Source of the DNA: Peribolospora baueri
Taxonomy: Eukaryota
NCBI GenBank assembly: GCA_029717555.1
Contig: JAMDHS010000078.1
Span: forward strand, 62,001 to 93,612
Reading direction: 5' to 3'
DNA: 31,612 nucleotides
Shown here: positions 1-11,032 of the stretch, piece by piece
Layout of the letters: each line of letters begins with the position of its first letter
How positions within the stretch are numbered: the first letter of the stretch is position 1
Translations under genes and position numbers: made by a program
The notes under the pieces: model-generated
Told to the model about the DNA's origin: nothing
Database searches by the model: none
Seen by the model: the letters and a program-made list of their open reading frames with translations, nothing else

Positions 1-397
1 AGAACTCTCAGCGTGGTACCCGACTCGCAGTCCTCATTCACCATCTGGTAGCCAGACGATTTGCCATCTGCAGTAGCTGAAACGGTGATGAAAATAGACA
101 AAGACATTGACAGGCGGAGCAAGTATCTACGTTGTATATACACAGGCACAATATGTATGGACGGGGGAACGAGCTCGACGTCGAGCGCCTAGGAATCCGC
201 GAGGGGAAGGCGTCGGAAGGTCGGCGCGGATCTCCGGCGCGGCTCTCGGCACCGACTTCAAGCGATCGCCGGCTGATCATCATCCCCGCGTTTCGTTCGA
301 CCTTGCTCGATCCCGCATCGCTCCGCTTGGCCCTGTTCGCAGCACCGACACGCACGTCGACGACGTTCTCGTTGACCCGGAGCAGGAGCTGGCCAGC

Positions 398-2920
398 ATG
401 CGTCCCTCTGTGACTTCCTTCATCCACCCAGTCGCTCTCGCCTGCTCCAGGGCAGCACGCTCGTCGGCGCACCCGTCGGCACGTCGTCTTGTCCCACCGC
501 CAACCGGCTACAGTCTCACCTTCCCGCGAAGCAGACAGCGAGACCACGTAGCAGCGGCAGGTCCAGGATCGAAATGGTTACTTCGACCGTACTCGACGGA
601 AACGCCGCCCACCCGTCCAGCGGACAAGATGCCCGAGCCGAGCATTCCACCGCCGCTGGAGGGCATCCGGGTGCTCGACCTGACGAGGGTGTTGGCGGGA
701 CCCTATGCGACTATGGTGAGCCAGGGCGAATCGAAAATGGAAGGTCTTCCGTTTCATTTCACTACCTGGAAACCTCACTTTCATCGCTCCGCTTTCAACA
801 CAGCTCTTGGCAGACTTAGGGTAGGTGGACGGACGACGTTCTGTGAAACGTCTCGTTCCAAGTACGACTAGGTACCTGCTCACGAGGCCGCGCTCCTTTT
901 TACCGTGCATTCCATCCTTTTCTAGCGCAGATGTGATCAAAGTCGAGAACCCGAAAGGCGGAGATGACACCAGTGAGGAGAAGGCCCTTTCTGATCCAAC
1001 CGGTCGCTTCTGACCAATGAGTTTCGGCATTCCTGATGTCCCGCTCTTCGCCCCTTCGCCCCTACAGGATCCTGGCTCCCCCCCTTCGCACCAACACTTC
1101 CCGCCTCCGATCTCTCACAACACGGCCCTCGTCCGGCTCATTGGGACAAGCTACCTCCCGAGTCAGCCTATTTTCTCAGCGTCAACCGGAACAAGCGTTC
1201 CGTCACTGTCGACCTCAAGAGTTCTGAGGGCCTCAACGTTGTCCACGAACTCGTAAAGCGTGCTGACGTGGTTGTGGAGAATTATCTGCCTGGGTGAGTC
1301 GTCTCAACCTTTGCGGGGCTCTTAGAAGATTAGAATTTTAGAAAGAAGCTTCAGTCGCTAAGGTTTTGGCACACTGCTCCCTTATCGGCATGTAGCAAAC
1401 TCGGCAAGATGGGCCTGGGATATGAAGACTGCAAAGCACTGAATCCTTCAATCATTTACGCCAGCATCACGGGTAAGGCTCCTCCTCGTCCGCTGCGTTC
1501 TCCTGTTCTCTACAATACTGAGCCGTCCACTCGGTGGTTTGCTGACAACATGTATTGGTAATATCTCTCACCAAGGCTACGGACAGACTGGGCCGTATGC
1601 TAACGCCGCTGGTTACGACGTGATGTGAGCCATCTCTTTTCCCGTCTACTCTTCATTACGGTCAGTCTACCGTCGACTGATCGTCCATGCTTATCTTGCC
1701 TCTTCTCCACTCTGCCTAGCATTGCCGCCGACGCGGGCCTCTTCCACATCACCGGCGAACCGGACCGTCCTCCCGTGAAGGTCGGCGTGGCGATGACGGA
1801 TCTGACCACCGGCCTTTACACCCAGTCGGCTATCATGGCCGCTCTATTGGGACGATCCAAGACCGGGAAAGGCGTCCATATCGACGCGAGCTTGTTCGAG
1901 AGTCAGGCGAGTGGAGTTATATATTTAACTTGTTTGAGAAGAAGAAGAGCGATTTGCCGGCGGCCTTCCTTACCGATCGTGGTAGCTTCCCCTACCGCCC
2001 GCCCACCTTTTGCAGATTGCATCGCTCGCGAACATTGGTAGCAACTATCTCATTGCGGGGCAAGAGGCCACCCGTCAAGGTACCGCTCATCCTAGCATCG
2101 TGCCTTATCAAGTCTTCCCCACTAAGGATGGCTTTATGATGCGTACGTGGACCATCACGGTTTTCCCTCTCTGTGGAAGCGCTGAAGTATTGATGCGCCA
2201 AGCGTTTTCAATCACTTTCTTTTCCTATTCCAGTCGGTGCTGGAAACGACGGGCAGGTAGGTTGACTTCGTCGTCGGCCGCCTCATCCCCTCCTTGCTCG
2301 CATCGCTGCGGTACTTGGGGTTATATATATGCTCACATTGTCTCATTACCACCCCACGTTCCTTTACCCCTGCAGTTCAAGACTCTCTCCAAGCTCATCG
2401 GCCAACCCGACCTCTCCGTCTCCCCCGACTACGCCACTAACACTGCCCGCGTAGCGAATCGCAAAATCCTCATCCCCTTGCTCTCCGAAGCTTTCCGCAC
2501 TAAAACAACAGAAGAGTGGATCAAACTCATCGACGGCAAGATCCCCGTTGCACCAATTAGAGACATCCAGGGCACGTTCAACCACCCTCAGGCTGTGGCG
2601 AGGGGCGTGAGCGTCGAGGTCGACCATCCCAGAGCGGGTCGGATCAAGATAGCCAGTCCCGCTGTGAGGTATGGGGAGGGAAAGATGAAGGTACGTACAT
2701 AAACTCGGCTTGGCCCCTTCCTTTTCCCATTCCATCAAGCCGCCATGCGACGATGGCCTTTCTGCTCACGTTCCCTCGTCTCTTCCTCGCCGTCGAAACG
2801 AAATTGCAGGTCACTCGTCCACCGCCTGTCCTTGGTCAACACACGGACGAAATCCTAAAAGACGAACTAGGGTATACTGAGGAACAGATCACCGCCCTGC
2901 GCGAGTCGGGCTCGATTTGA
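398..2920 (+). CDS. CoA-transferase family III (CaiB/BaiF, SUGCT-like), probably mitochondrial; multi-exon
   Basis: Spliced translation gives [45 protein letters not shown]..., [62 protein letters not shown]. The N-terminus is Arg/Ser-rich like a presequence. ATG 398, TGA 2918-2920. Confidence 0.95.
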
Positions 2921-3215
2921 TTTTCTTTTCGACCGCTTGTAGATCGGATGGACAGGGTATAGCACAAGATCAGAAAAGGCTAGAGAATGGAGGATTTGAT
3001 TGGGATCCTTTTTTTCTCCCCATTTGGACGTGGAGTGGAAGCTACCTCTATGCATTGCTTTAAGTGTCCAAAGGAACACAAAAGAGACGTGTACGAGATG
3101 GAACAGTACGAAATGCCATGCTGCGCGTGGAAAGTCGTCTCGCAGACCGCTCGTGCATTCCTTCCGTTCCCATCATACAGTTCAGGCCCCACAGGCCCCC
3201 TCCCTTCCCGTGCGC

Positions 3216-4586
3216 TCAAGCCGTTGCTCCAGGCTCGCCCTTGACAGTCACACAAGCTGCCCTAAACTTGTCCAGCGCTTTCCTAGCTCCGCCCTCGTCC
3301 ATGCTCTTCCTCGCCATCTCGACGCCATCAGGCAGCGTCTTGGCCTTGTCGGCGACGAGGAGGAGCGCGGCAGCGTTCATGAGCGTGTAGTTCTTGAGCG
3401 CTTCGATGTTCGCCTCCGCTGGCACGGGTGGAAGGTTGAGTGCGTCCGATGGGGAGGGGCGAGGAGAGGAGAGAAGGCGAAGGAGGATAGCGGCGTTCTG
3501 AGTAGGTTCGTAAGACTTTACGTTGGAAAGCGGGCAGGACGGCAGGTTGAAGGAGGATGGGCTGATCACAAAGTGGGTAATGACGCCCCTTTCCACTTGC
3601 CAGACCTAGTCGTCCGAGGAGCGCCAAGAGGGGTGCCGGATAGGACGAACGAACCGTCGTCAGTGCGTGAAGAAACAAGAAACGCCTAAGCCAGAAAAAT
3701 GCGACGCACATCCGTCTCTCCTGCGGGCGAGATCTCGTCCAATCCTTCTCTCCCACAGACGACCCACGCCTTCTCCACATTGGCCATTTTCAAGCTGTCC
3801 GCGAACACGGGTCCGAGCTGCGCCGAATGAACGCCCATGATGGCACGCTTCGGTCTGGCCGGGTTGATGAGTGGACCGATGATGTTGAAGATGGTAGGGA
3901 AGCCAAGCGTTCGGCGTATCGGAGCCATCGGGGCGAGGGCAGTTTGGTAGAGGGGAGCGAAGAGAAAGACGAAGGGAGACGTGGGGAGCACGGCGGGTAG
4001 AGCGGTGGGCGGCAGGGTCAAGAGAGGGATGGAGAGGGAGAGGAGAAGATCTGCGGAGCCTGAGGTCGACGAGGCGGCCTTGCTGCCGTGCTGAGAGATG
4101 GACGGGAGTCGGGTGGAGGGCAAAAGGTAAGCCAATGGAACAGGAAAAAAAACTGCTGGATAGGAGGTCGATGGAGATGCAAATATTCACCTTGCAGATC
4201 CGACATCCTGCACCTGCGACGACGATAGCTGCGGTGGTGGACACATTGTACGTATCATGGCCGTCTCCTCCGGTACCGACGATATCCAGCGCCCCTACTT
4301 CGCCGTCTTCATCTTTAGGCAGGTCGACCTTGTGCGACTTCTGAAGGAGCACGTCCGCCGCCGTGGCGAGCGTGTCCGCTTTGAAATCTAGTCCATGAAG
4401 CTTGAGGGAGGTAAGAAAGGATGCGATCTGGACGGGCGCTGCCGTATCGGAGACATAGGAGGGTTCGACGATGTAAGAGAAAGCGGCGCGTACGTCGTCT
4501 ACGGTGAAGCCATCTGGGGTGAGGATGAGCTTGCGGAGCAAGACTTTGAATGTGTCTGTGGTGAGCGCGGGTGCGTTGGAGGTCAT
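3216..4586 (-). CDS. TRP4: Anthranilate phosphoribosyltransferase (3 exons)
   Basis: Motifs [75 protein letters not shown]. Two GT-AG introns keep the frame. Confidence 0.96.
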
Positions 4587-5257
4587 CTTTGTCCTGGGGC
4601 TAGCTCTCGTTGGGATAGGTCTGTGGTCAGAAGAGTGCGACTGATAAGATTGCCCTCTAATCTCGGCTCTTGCTTGCTTGACTCTTGCACTGACACCTTT
4701 GTTTCTTCTCGTGAACACAAAAACGCAGCCCACCAGTGGAAAAGTTACACCAGGCGACGTCACGTGATGCCTCGCATATGTTGGAGATTGGCGGCGACGA
4801 GCACCGTGGTTACGCGGCTGAAAGCGGACATGACTACGTAGGCAACTGTGCTGTTACTGCGATTTTCCTCCTTGTATGCTCTCTTAACGCAACGAACCAG
4901 TAACGTCGGCCTTCGTCCATCCACCATAAGTTCTAACATTACTACAGCATATTGCGGACCACATTGCATCGCGTCTATGGAAGGAGTCCGGCTTCAGGTG
5001 GATGTAAGTGTTTTCTGACTCGACCAATGCTGTCTTTAGACATGTCTGGTGCTTGAAATCAGTCTTATGAGATTATGTCTCCTTCATTTACATAAGCAAT
5101 GACGGCCGAGATACCACGTACGCCTCTCCAACCTGGAGGTACTATTGTGCACAGGATCAAGACAAGCGTAACCGGCTTGGACCAGAAGATGAGCGCAAGC
5201 GCGTGACGAACACACGACAAGTCTTTGTCCTCTGCCATGGCAAACTCAACATCTACA

Positions 5258-5645
5258 TCAAGTGGAGAAGCAGCTTGCCATTCTGAAGATCGACATCGCC
5301 ACCACGAACATACCTATGACGACAGGACCATCCCAACGAAAAGGAGTACATTTTCAGCAATCTCGGCCTGACGCCGCTCCAGCTATATGACTCCTTAAAG
5401 GACTCTAGGGAAGGACCGAGAGAATGGAACAAGAGGATGAAGGAAAATACGTTGGCAACGCAGCTTGCAAGTGTTGAAATACATACGGGGGAGTCATGGG
5501 AAGGAGTCATATAGCTGGAGCGGCGTCAGGTCGAGATTGCTGAAAATGTACTCCTTGTCGGAAGTTGGGATGGTCCTGTCGTCATAGGTATGTTCGTGGT
5601 GGCGATGTCGGATCTTCAGAATGGCAAGCTGCTTCTCAACGTTGA
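5258..5645. repeat. Long inverted repeat A (arms 5258-5396 and 5501-5645, 104-nt spacer)
   Basis: Base-by-base reverse-complement alignment gives 139 vs 145 nt with 3 substitutions and gaps of 1, 1 and 4 nt. Confidence 0.98.
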
Positions 5646-5648
5646 AAT

Positions 5649-5834
5649 TGAGATAGTCGAGGTCGTCCGCCCAACAGGATTTGGCCACATCTATCTCAAA
5701 TATGAAGGTCAGTTCAAGTCTTCAATGTCTTGTGAGACATGAGCCGAAGAAAGGCGATGTTGAAGACTTCAAGTAACGTTCACATTTGAGATAGATGTGG
5801 CCAAGCCCTATCCTGGACGACCTCGACTATCTCA
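5649..5834. repeat. Inverted repeat B (arms 5649-5729 and 5756-5834, 26-nt loop)
   Basis: Perfect pairings 5649-5668/5815-5834 (20 bp) and 5681-5701/5784-5804 (21 bp), then an imperfect 28-bp stem 5702-5729/5756-5783. Confidence 0.95.
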
Positions 5835-6340
5835 TGAAGAAAGAGACGGTGAGATGGAAAGGGCAGAGTTGCAGGAGAAGGCGAAAGAGTTGGAGTTGCT
5901 GGGGGAGAGGATAAGCGAGCTTGCAAGGACTCAGGACCTTCGCCTGGTTGGGGAGCTTTGGAATAAAGCAAGAACTCTGTCAGCGGCAGTGCAGGAGTTC
6001 GAAAGAGAGAAGTCAGTGCGGCATCTTCGTCTAACATGGAATGGTGCCACCCTTTTCTATGATCCCAATATTTCTTGATATGTACATATTCATTTCTCGA
6101 ACCGAATAGAATAGGCGAAGAAGCAGGGAGATGAAGGAGGGTTTGCCGGGAGGGAGCGTGACTTCGGCTTGAGTGGAGCCGCCGTCGTCCGCAGTCGTCC
6201 ACGCCGGACATACCCGCTCATACTCGGAGATGCTCTCCGATCACGTTCCGATAACGCCCCCGCCGACGTGCTCCATTCGCCTCTCCACCTTACTCGTATA
6301 CCATTTCGATCCCTGTGTGCTCACATCGTCCATGTCAAGG

Positions 6341-7147
6341 ATGGCTTCCAACGCATCGTGCCTCTTCTGCAAGATTATCAAAGGGGAAATCCCTAGCATG
6401 AAGCTTCTCGAGACCGAGAAGAGGTGAGCGCCGAGCTAGAGTCAGGCGGGCGTCCTCTTCGGCCTTGATCGACAACTTGAAATGTACGCCATCTTACTCG
6501 CTCATTTTTCTGTTTCAATCATCCAATCCGACGCAGCTTCGCCTTTCTCGACATTGGACCTCTCTCTAAGGGTCACGCGCTCGTCATTCCCAAGTGTGCG
6601 TGGACGCACCTCTTCTTCCCAGCCGGTGCTGATGTTCGGCCGTGCCCGAGGTCGTTACTGATCTAAAGACTGGCTGTATGTACTCCCCCTCTCTCGTTTC
6701 TCCCATTCTCGCTCACAGATCACGCCACGAAGCTCCACGAGCTTCCAGATGAGCACCTTACCGAGCTCCTCCCCATCGCCAAGAAGCTTGCCATCGCTAG
6801 CGGCGCGACCGACTACAACATCCTTCAGAACAACGGAAGGCCAGCGCATCAGGTTGTAGACCACGTCCACGGTGAGTCGTTGTAGGACAAGAAGTCGAGC
6901 CTATATTTGTTGTTGGCCTTGAATCTATTCCAAGCACTCTTTCATTTGTCTTTTTACCGTGCTCTTCCAAACTTCCGTTTTTTGCGCTCCATTTTGCTGA
7001 CCTGCTCGTTCTTCCCTCCCTCTTTCAAAAGTGCACATGATTCCCAAGCCCAGCGAGAGCGAGGGCCTCATTATTGGCTGGCCCGCTCAGCAGCCGGACA
7101 AGTCCGAGCTGCAGAAGGTGTTTGAAGTGATGAAGGAGAAGCTTTAA
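6341..7147 (+). CDS. HNT1: HIT-family (Hint) adenosine monophosphoramidase, 4 exons
   Basis: CLFCKIIKGEIPSMKLLETEK, FAFLDIGPLSKGHALVIPK, YNILQNNGRPAHQVVDHVH|VHMIPKP (histidine triad), GLIIGWP. An alternative in-frame ATG lies at 6332. Confidence 0.96.
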
Positions 7148-7553
7148 GTGGCCCATAGACGAGGGGGGCCTAGATATGCATGGACGCGAGAAGCGTTTCA
7201 TTTTGCTTCCATTAGGGACCTTTCCTTGGAGAGGAAGAGAGAAGGGGAAAGAAAAGAATGAAATGTTTCATAAGGTCGGAAAGGGACCGTGCCGGTAAGG
7301 TGGAAAGGAGGTTGCTTATAGACAATCCTACCTTAAGCCCAAGAGCTCCCCACGCCAGAGACGCAGGCAGACAAGGATCAATTTAGTTCACATAAGCGCA
7401 CAAACAGCGTACACCCCAATCCTTCCAAAACGACGTGAAGAACTAGCTAACTGGCTGGGCAGCTGGCTGTCCGTAAGATTGGCATTGCATTGGTAAACAT
7501 GGTGACGTGACCCCTTCGCGCTTCTATCTCTTGACTGCCGATCGAGCCTTCCT

Positions 7554-10035
7554 TCAGTGTTCATGGTGAGCGTGGTCGTGGTCGTGCGCGCCATCAATTT
7601 CTCCGACGTCCAACCAGTTCTCCCAGCCATCCTCGAAGATTTCTTGCAGCCTCTTCGTCCAGGTCATGACGTCTAGTTCCTTCTCCTTCTGACACTCTCG
7701 CATCGTCTCTTCCCATTCCTTCATCTCTTCGTCCGTCAGCAGCGCCGAGTCGAACGCCGCACGGATCTTGGCCTCGTCCATGGGCTTGACGCCGCCGCCA
7801 ATGAACACGATTTCCTGCGGGAGTCGTGGTTTCGTCATAAAAATGAGCGAGGCGCCGTGGAAATGGAGAAGGCGCCACAGTAGACTCGCTCACCTGTCTG
7901 CGATCGCCCCACTCGCCCTTCATGTCGTTCAAGATCGCCTTTTTGACCTGAGGGTCACCGTCGGACCAAACGTCAAGGTCGTCGCAGCAAAGCCAGTTGG
8001 ACGATCCTGTTAGTGTCGCCATCACCCCTGCCTGGGACCACTCGCCCATCAGCGTCGGTCGCGTAGCCAGCCAAAGGAAGCCTTTGGAACGCAGGAGAGG
8101 GCCAAAGACCGGACATGCTTTCTTCTCAGTCAGCCGAAGCTTCGGGTTGAGCTGAGGCATCTCTTCTTCGTCCTTCCGATCGTCCTGGCCATCGATATCC
8201 TCCTCGTCTTCATTTTCCTCCTCCTCATCTTTCTCCTCCTCTCCGTCTTCTTCCTCCTCTAAATCCTCGTAGGCGTTCTGAATGATCACAAACTTGCGGC
8301 ACATGAGATCCCACAACCGTCGGGGCGAGAACGGGGCGCGGGCGCGGTATACGAAACTGCTGATTCCGTACTCTTCCGTCTCCGGTTTGGGCGCGATGCG
8401 CGTCGCGCCGCCGTTGAGGCTGCGAGGGATCATCTCCTTGAGCGATTGGAGCCAGCCTGCGGAGAGGACGGCTTTTTCAAAGTCGAACCGACCCGTGTTG
8501 AGGACGTGCTTTAGATCGACCGAGCAGCGTACCGTGCGCACCACGTGCGCTCCAGGGTTGAGCTTCCTGACAAGTTTTTCGACCGTGGCGACCGTTTTCT
8601 TATCGCACAAGTCGATTTTATTGAGGAGAATGACGCTGTGTGGCACAAACCGGGCATCACACGATTGGAGATCGTACGAAGGTACGCCAACTCCATCTTG
8701 TGAAAATGACTCACTCTGCAAACTCGATCTGGTCTACCAGCAGGTCCGTCACGTTCCTTTCGTCTTCCGGGTCGAGCTCGCCGCCCCTGAATTCGACCTA
8801 TGGGAGAAAAGGCACAAGATGGCGTCAGGATGGAGCCATCTAGAGTCGGTCGCATGAGGTGGCTCTCCCGCGTCTCACAGGGCGGTCGGACAGAAAGTCG
8901 GTCGTCTCAAAGTCGTTCATGACGTTCAAGCAGTCGATCACGCTTACGCATGTGTCCTGAAAGCGAGGACGTCACGGACCAACCGAAGAGGTGAGAAGGT
9001 TATATGACGGTAACTATCGGGAAGGTCGTCTCGATGGGGCTCACCAGCCTGGCAAGCGACGTTAAACCACCCTTGGCGAGGAGCTCGGCCATGCGACCCT
9101 GAGGTCTCGGAGCTTCATTGTCGTCGTTGATAGCGGTGATCGCCTTCATCGTCTCTGCATCCACGCCTTCGGGAAGTTGACCATCATCTTGGCGAGCGAG
9201 CTCTACAGCTTGTTCGAGGAAGGCAGTCGAAAACGATTCCGCAACTTGCTGGGCTGCAATCCGGAAGGACACGATCTGTCAGATATTTCCTACCGGCAGC
9301 TAGCGTGAAGGACGGACTTACGTTCGCTGACGCCTGTGGACTCGATGACCAAATAATCAAACTCTCCTGATTCGGACAGGCGTGCGACCTCGTCCAGCAA
9401 GTCTTCGCGGAGCGTGCAGCAGATGCATCCGTTCTCCAATTGGACCACCTTCTCCTCCTTCTGAACCAAGTCATGGCCTCTGACCAGCTCGGCATCGATC
9501 TGCGCTCGTGGAAGGGAAGCGGCCATCCGACTGGTACGTTAGCCTCTCCTCACGGGGACTTGCATATCCGCTGGTCGAAGGCAGAGAGACATCGTAGAGC
9601 CACACCCACATTCAGCTCCCCCATGTCGTTGACGATGACTGCGCATCTCATGCCGTGATCTTTGCTGCGAAGAATATGTTCCAATAATGTCGTCTTGCCG
9701 CTCCCGAGGAATCCAGACAGGATGGTGACAGGAAGGCGACCGTCCGTTTTGACCGGCGCCGATTTGCCGTTCACGATGCTTTTCGCAGCGACCCCAACGT
9801 CGTTCTTGTCGACGACGTCGACCGCGACGGGCGCCATCTCGTCTGCTCCCTTTTCGGACTCGGACTCCTTGCGTCTCAACGTTGCCTTCTTGCTTCGTTT
9901 GACAGCGGGCGGAGGATGTTTGCTAAACTTGAATTCGTACTCGTCGTTCAAGTTGCTGAGAGCTTGACGTCCACGCTTCTGGATGTTCCCTGGAAGGGCG
10001 CGGTGATCGGACACAGGAAGGTTCGACAAGGGCAT
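7554..10035 (-). CDS. COG0523/CobW-family G3E GTPase, putative zinc metallochaperone (YciC/ZigA-like); multi-exon
   Basis: [18 protein letters not shown] (Walker A), [28 protein letters not shown] (CxCC), [62 protein letters not shown], and a C-terminal [10 protein letters not shown]. Confidence 0.95.
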
Positions 10036-10322
10036 GGCCGTACGGAAGGGGAAAAGGAAGGAAAATAGGAGGACGTCAAGGTCGGTCAGCCTGGCCTTTG
10101 TAATGAGCGCGGGAGGAGGAGCTTTTCTCCTTCAACAATGCTGGCACGCCCATGTGAAGCGGCCACGGTCCACCATTTCCTGGCGCGATTCGGTACACAT
10201 CTGTTCGGACGAGTCCAAATCAACTTAACCGGCCTCCTTTGGTCGGTTGAAAAAACTCTCATAACGACTTCGGGCTCGCCGTACATGGGGGCGAATCAAA
10301 GAAAGGTACGCGCACAGTCATG

Positions 10323-10346
10323 ACCACCAGGGTCGTCAGGGTACCC
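10323..10346 (+). promoter_or_regulatory. Two overlapping candidate zinc-response (ZafA/Zap1-type CARGGT) motifs upstream of the COG0523 gene
   Basis: ACCACCAGGGTCGTC (10323-10337) and GTCGTCAGGGTACCC (10332-10346), about 290 bp upstream of the ATG at 10035. A third core, CAAGGT, is at 10077-10082. Confidence 0.45.
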
Positions 10347-11032
10347 CCACGGTTGACAAAACCGCCGCGCCTGATTGGGCGATCATGGTCGGCCGTGGAA
10401 CCGACGCGTCCGTCACGGCCACAGCACCTTTGGGGCCTCGCCGGTCTGGGAGGGCTTATATCAGAAAGGACCGTCGAGGTCTTGTGAGCGGAGCAGAGCG
10501 GAGGGTGTGACGTGAGCTTCCTCACGTCTTCGGGATCTCTTGCTACGCTGGTAACAGGCATGCAAGTTCCCTCTGTGAGTTGGATGGGTGCCCTCCTCAC
10601 TTCGCTTATCGCAACAGGCTATAAGCCCAGAGGCAGGAAGCCGTCGAGCCACCCCTCTCTTTGAGGGCTCGCCGACTTGGAAGCCGCAAAATGCTCGAGT
10701 CGGACAAAACCAGCGGGCGAACCGATTATGCGGCCGATCGAGAGGCCGCTTATCGCCGCTTGCCCCGCGGAGTGCCGCAGTCACGCAGTTGCCGCAGTGC
10801 TCCGCTTCCTCCAGTCCGTTCGTCCGCCGGCGGGCCGTCGGAGGGCACAACCTATGATACGAAGCCGGTGGAGAACGAGAGCGACAAGAGATGTAATACA
10901 GCCCATGCTGCCGCCTCGGCACGTCCTCGAGTCGACGCTTGAAGCAGCTAACGTTATATACCCCGTCTCTGTCTGTACTTTGGTTGTCCAACTCTCTCCC
11001 CGCTCACCCTCTCATTCCTGCCGCAGACCATC

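Larger units (their letters stand above)
5071..6078 (+). mobile_element. Degenerate, internally deleted Mutator-like (MULE) transposase relic containing an inverted insert
   Basis: After repairing three small deletions using the inverted copy, 5071-5500 reads DYVSFIY...WRYYCAQDQDKRNR...VFVLCHGKLNIYINVEKQLAILKIRHRHHEHTYDDRTIPTSEKEYIFSNLGLTPLQLYDSLK. This is a C...C...H..H WRKY/GCM1-type finger pattern as recalled from fungal MULE-related proteins. 5797-6078 encodes a helical segment ending RHLRLTWNGATLFY, resembling their C-termini. It has stops and frameshifts, no DDE core, and no TIRs were found. Confidence 0.55.

Noticed and set aside
1..285. Possible minus-strand gene running off the left edge (CTGCAG acceptor then an open frame DGKSSGYQMVNEDCESGTTLRV)
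   Set aside because: Too short, with no recognisable motif and no clear upstream donor.
4679..4684. TGACTC Gcn4/Cpc1-like site upstream of TRP4
   Set aside because: Plausible, but a single hexamer is expected by chance.
5283..5341. CTGAAGA...GAAA as a hammerhead ribozyme core (retrozyme or viroid-like element)
   Set aside because: No stem II closing pair or stems I/III could be built, and the motif is buried in the long duplex.
4800..6170. Terminal inverted repeats or target-site duplication for the MULE-like relic
   Set aside because: None found by eye, so the element boundaries are undefined and it is not called intact.
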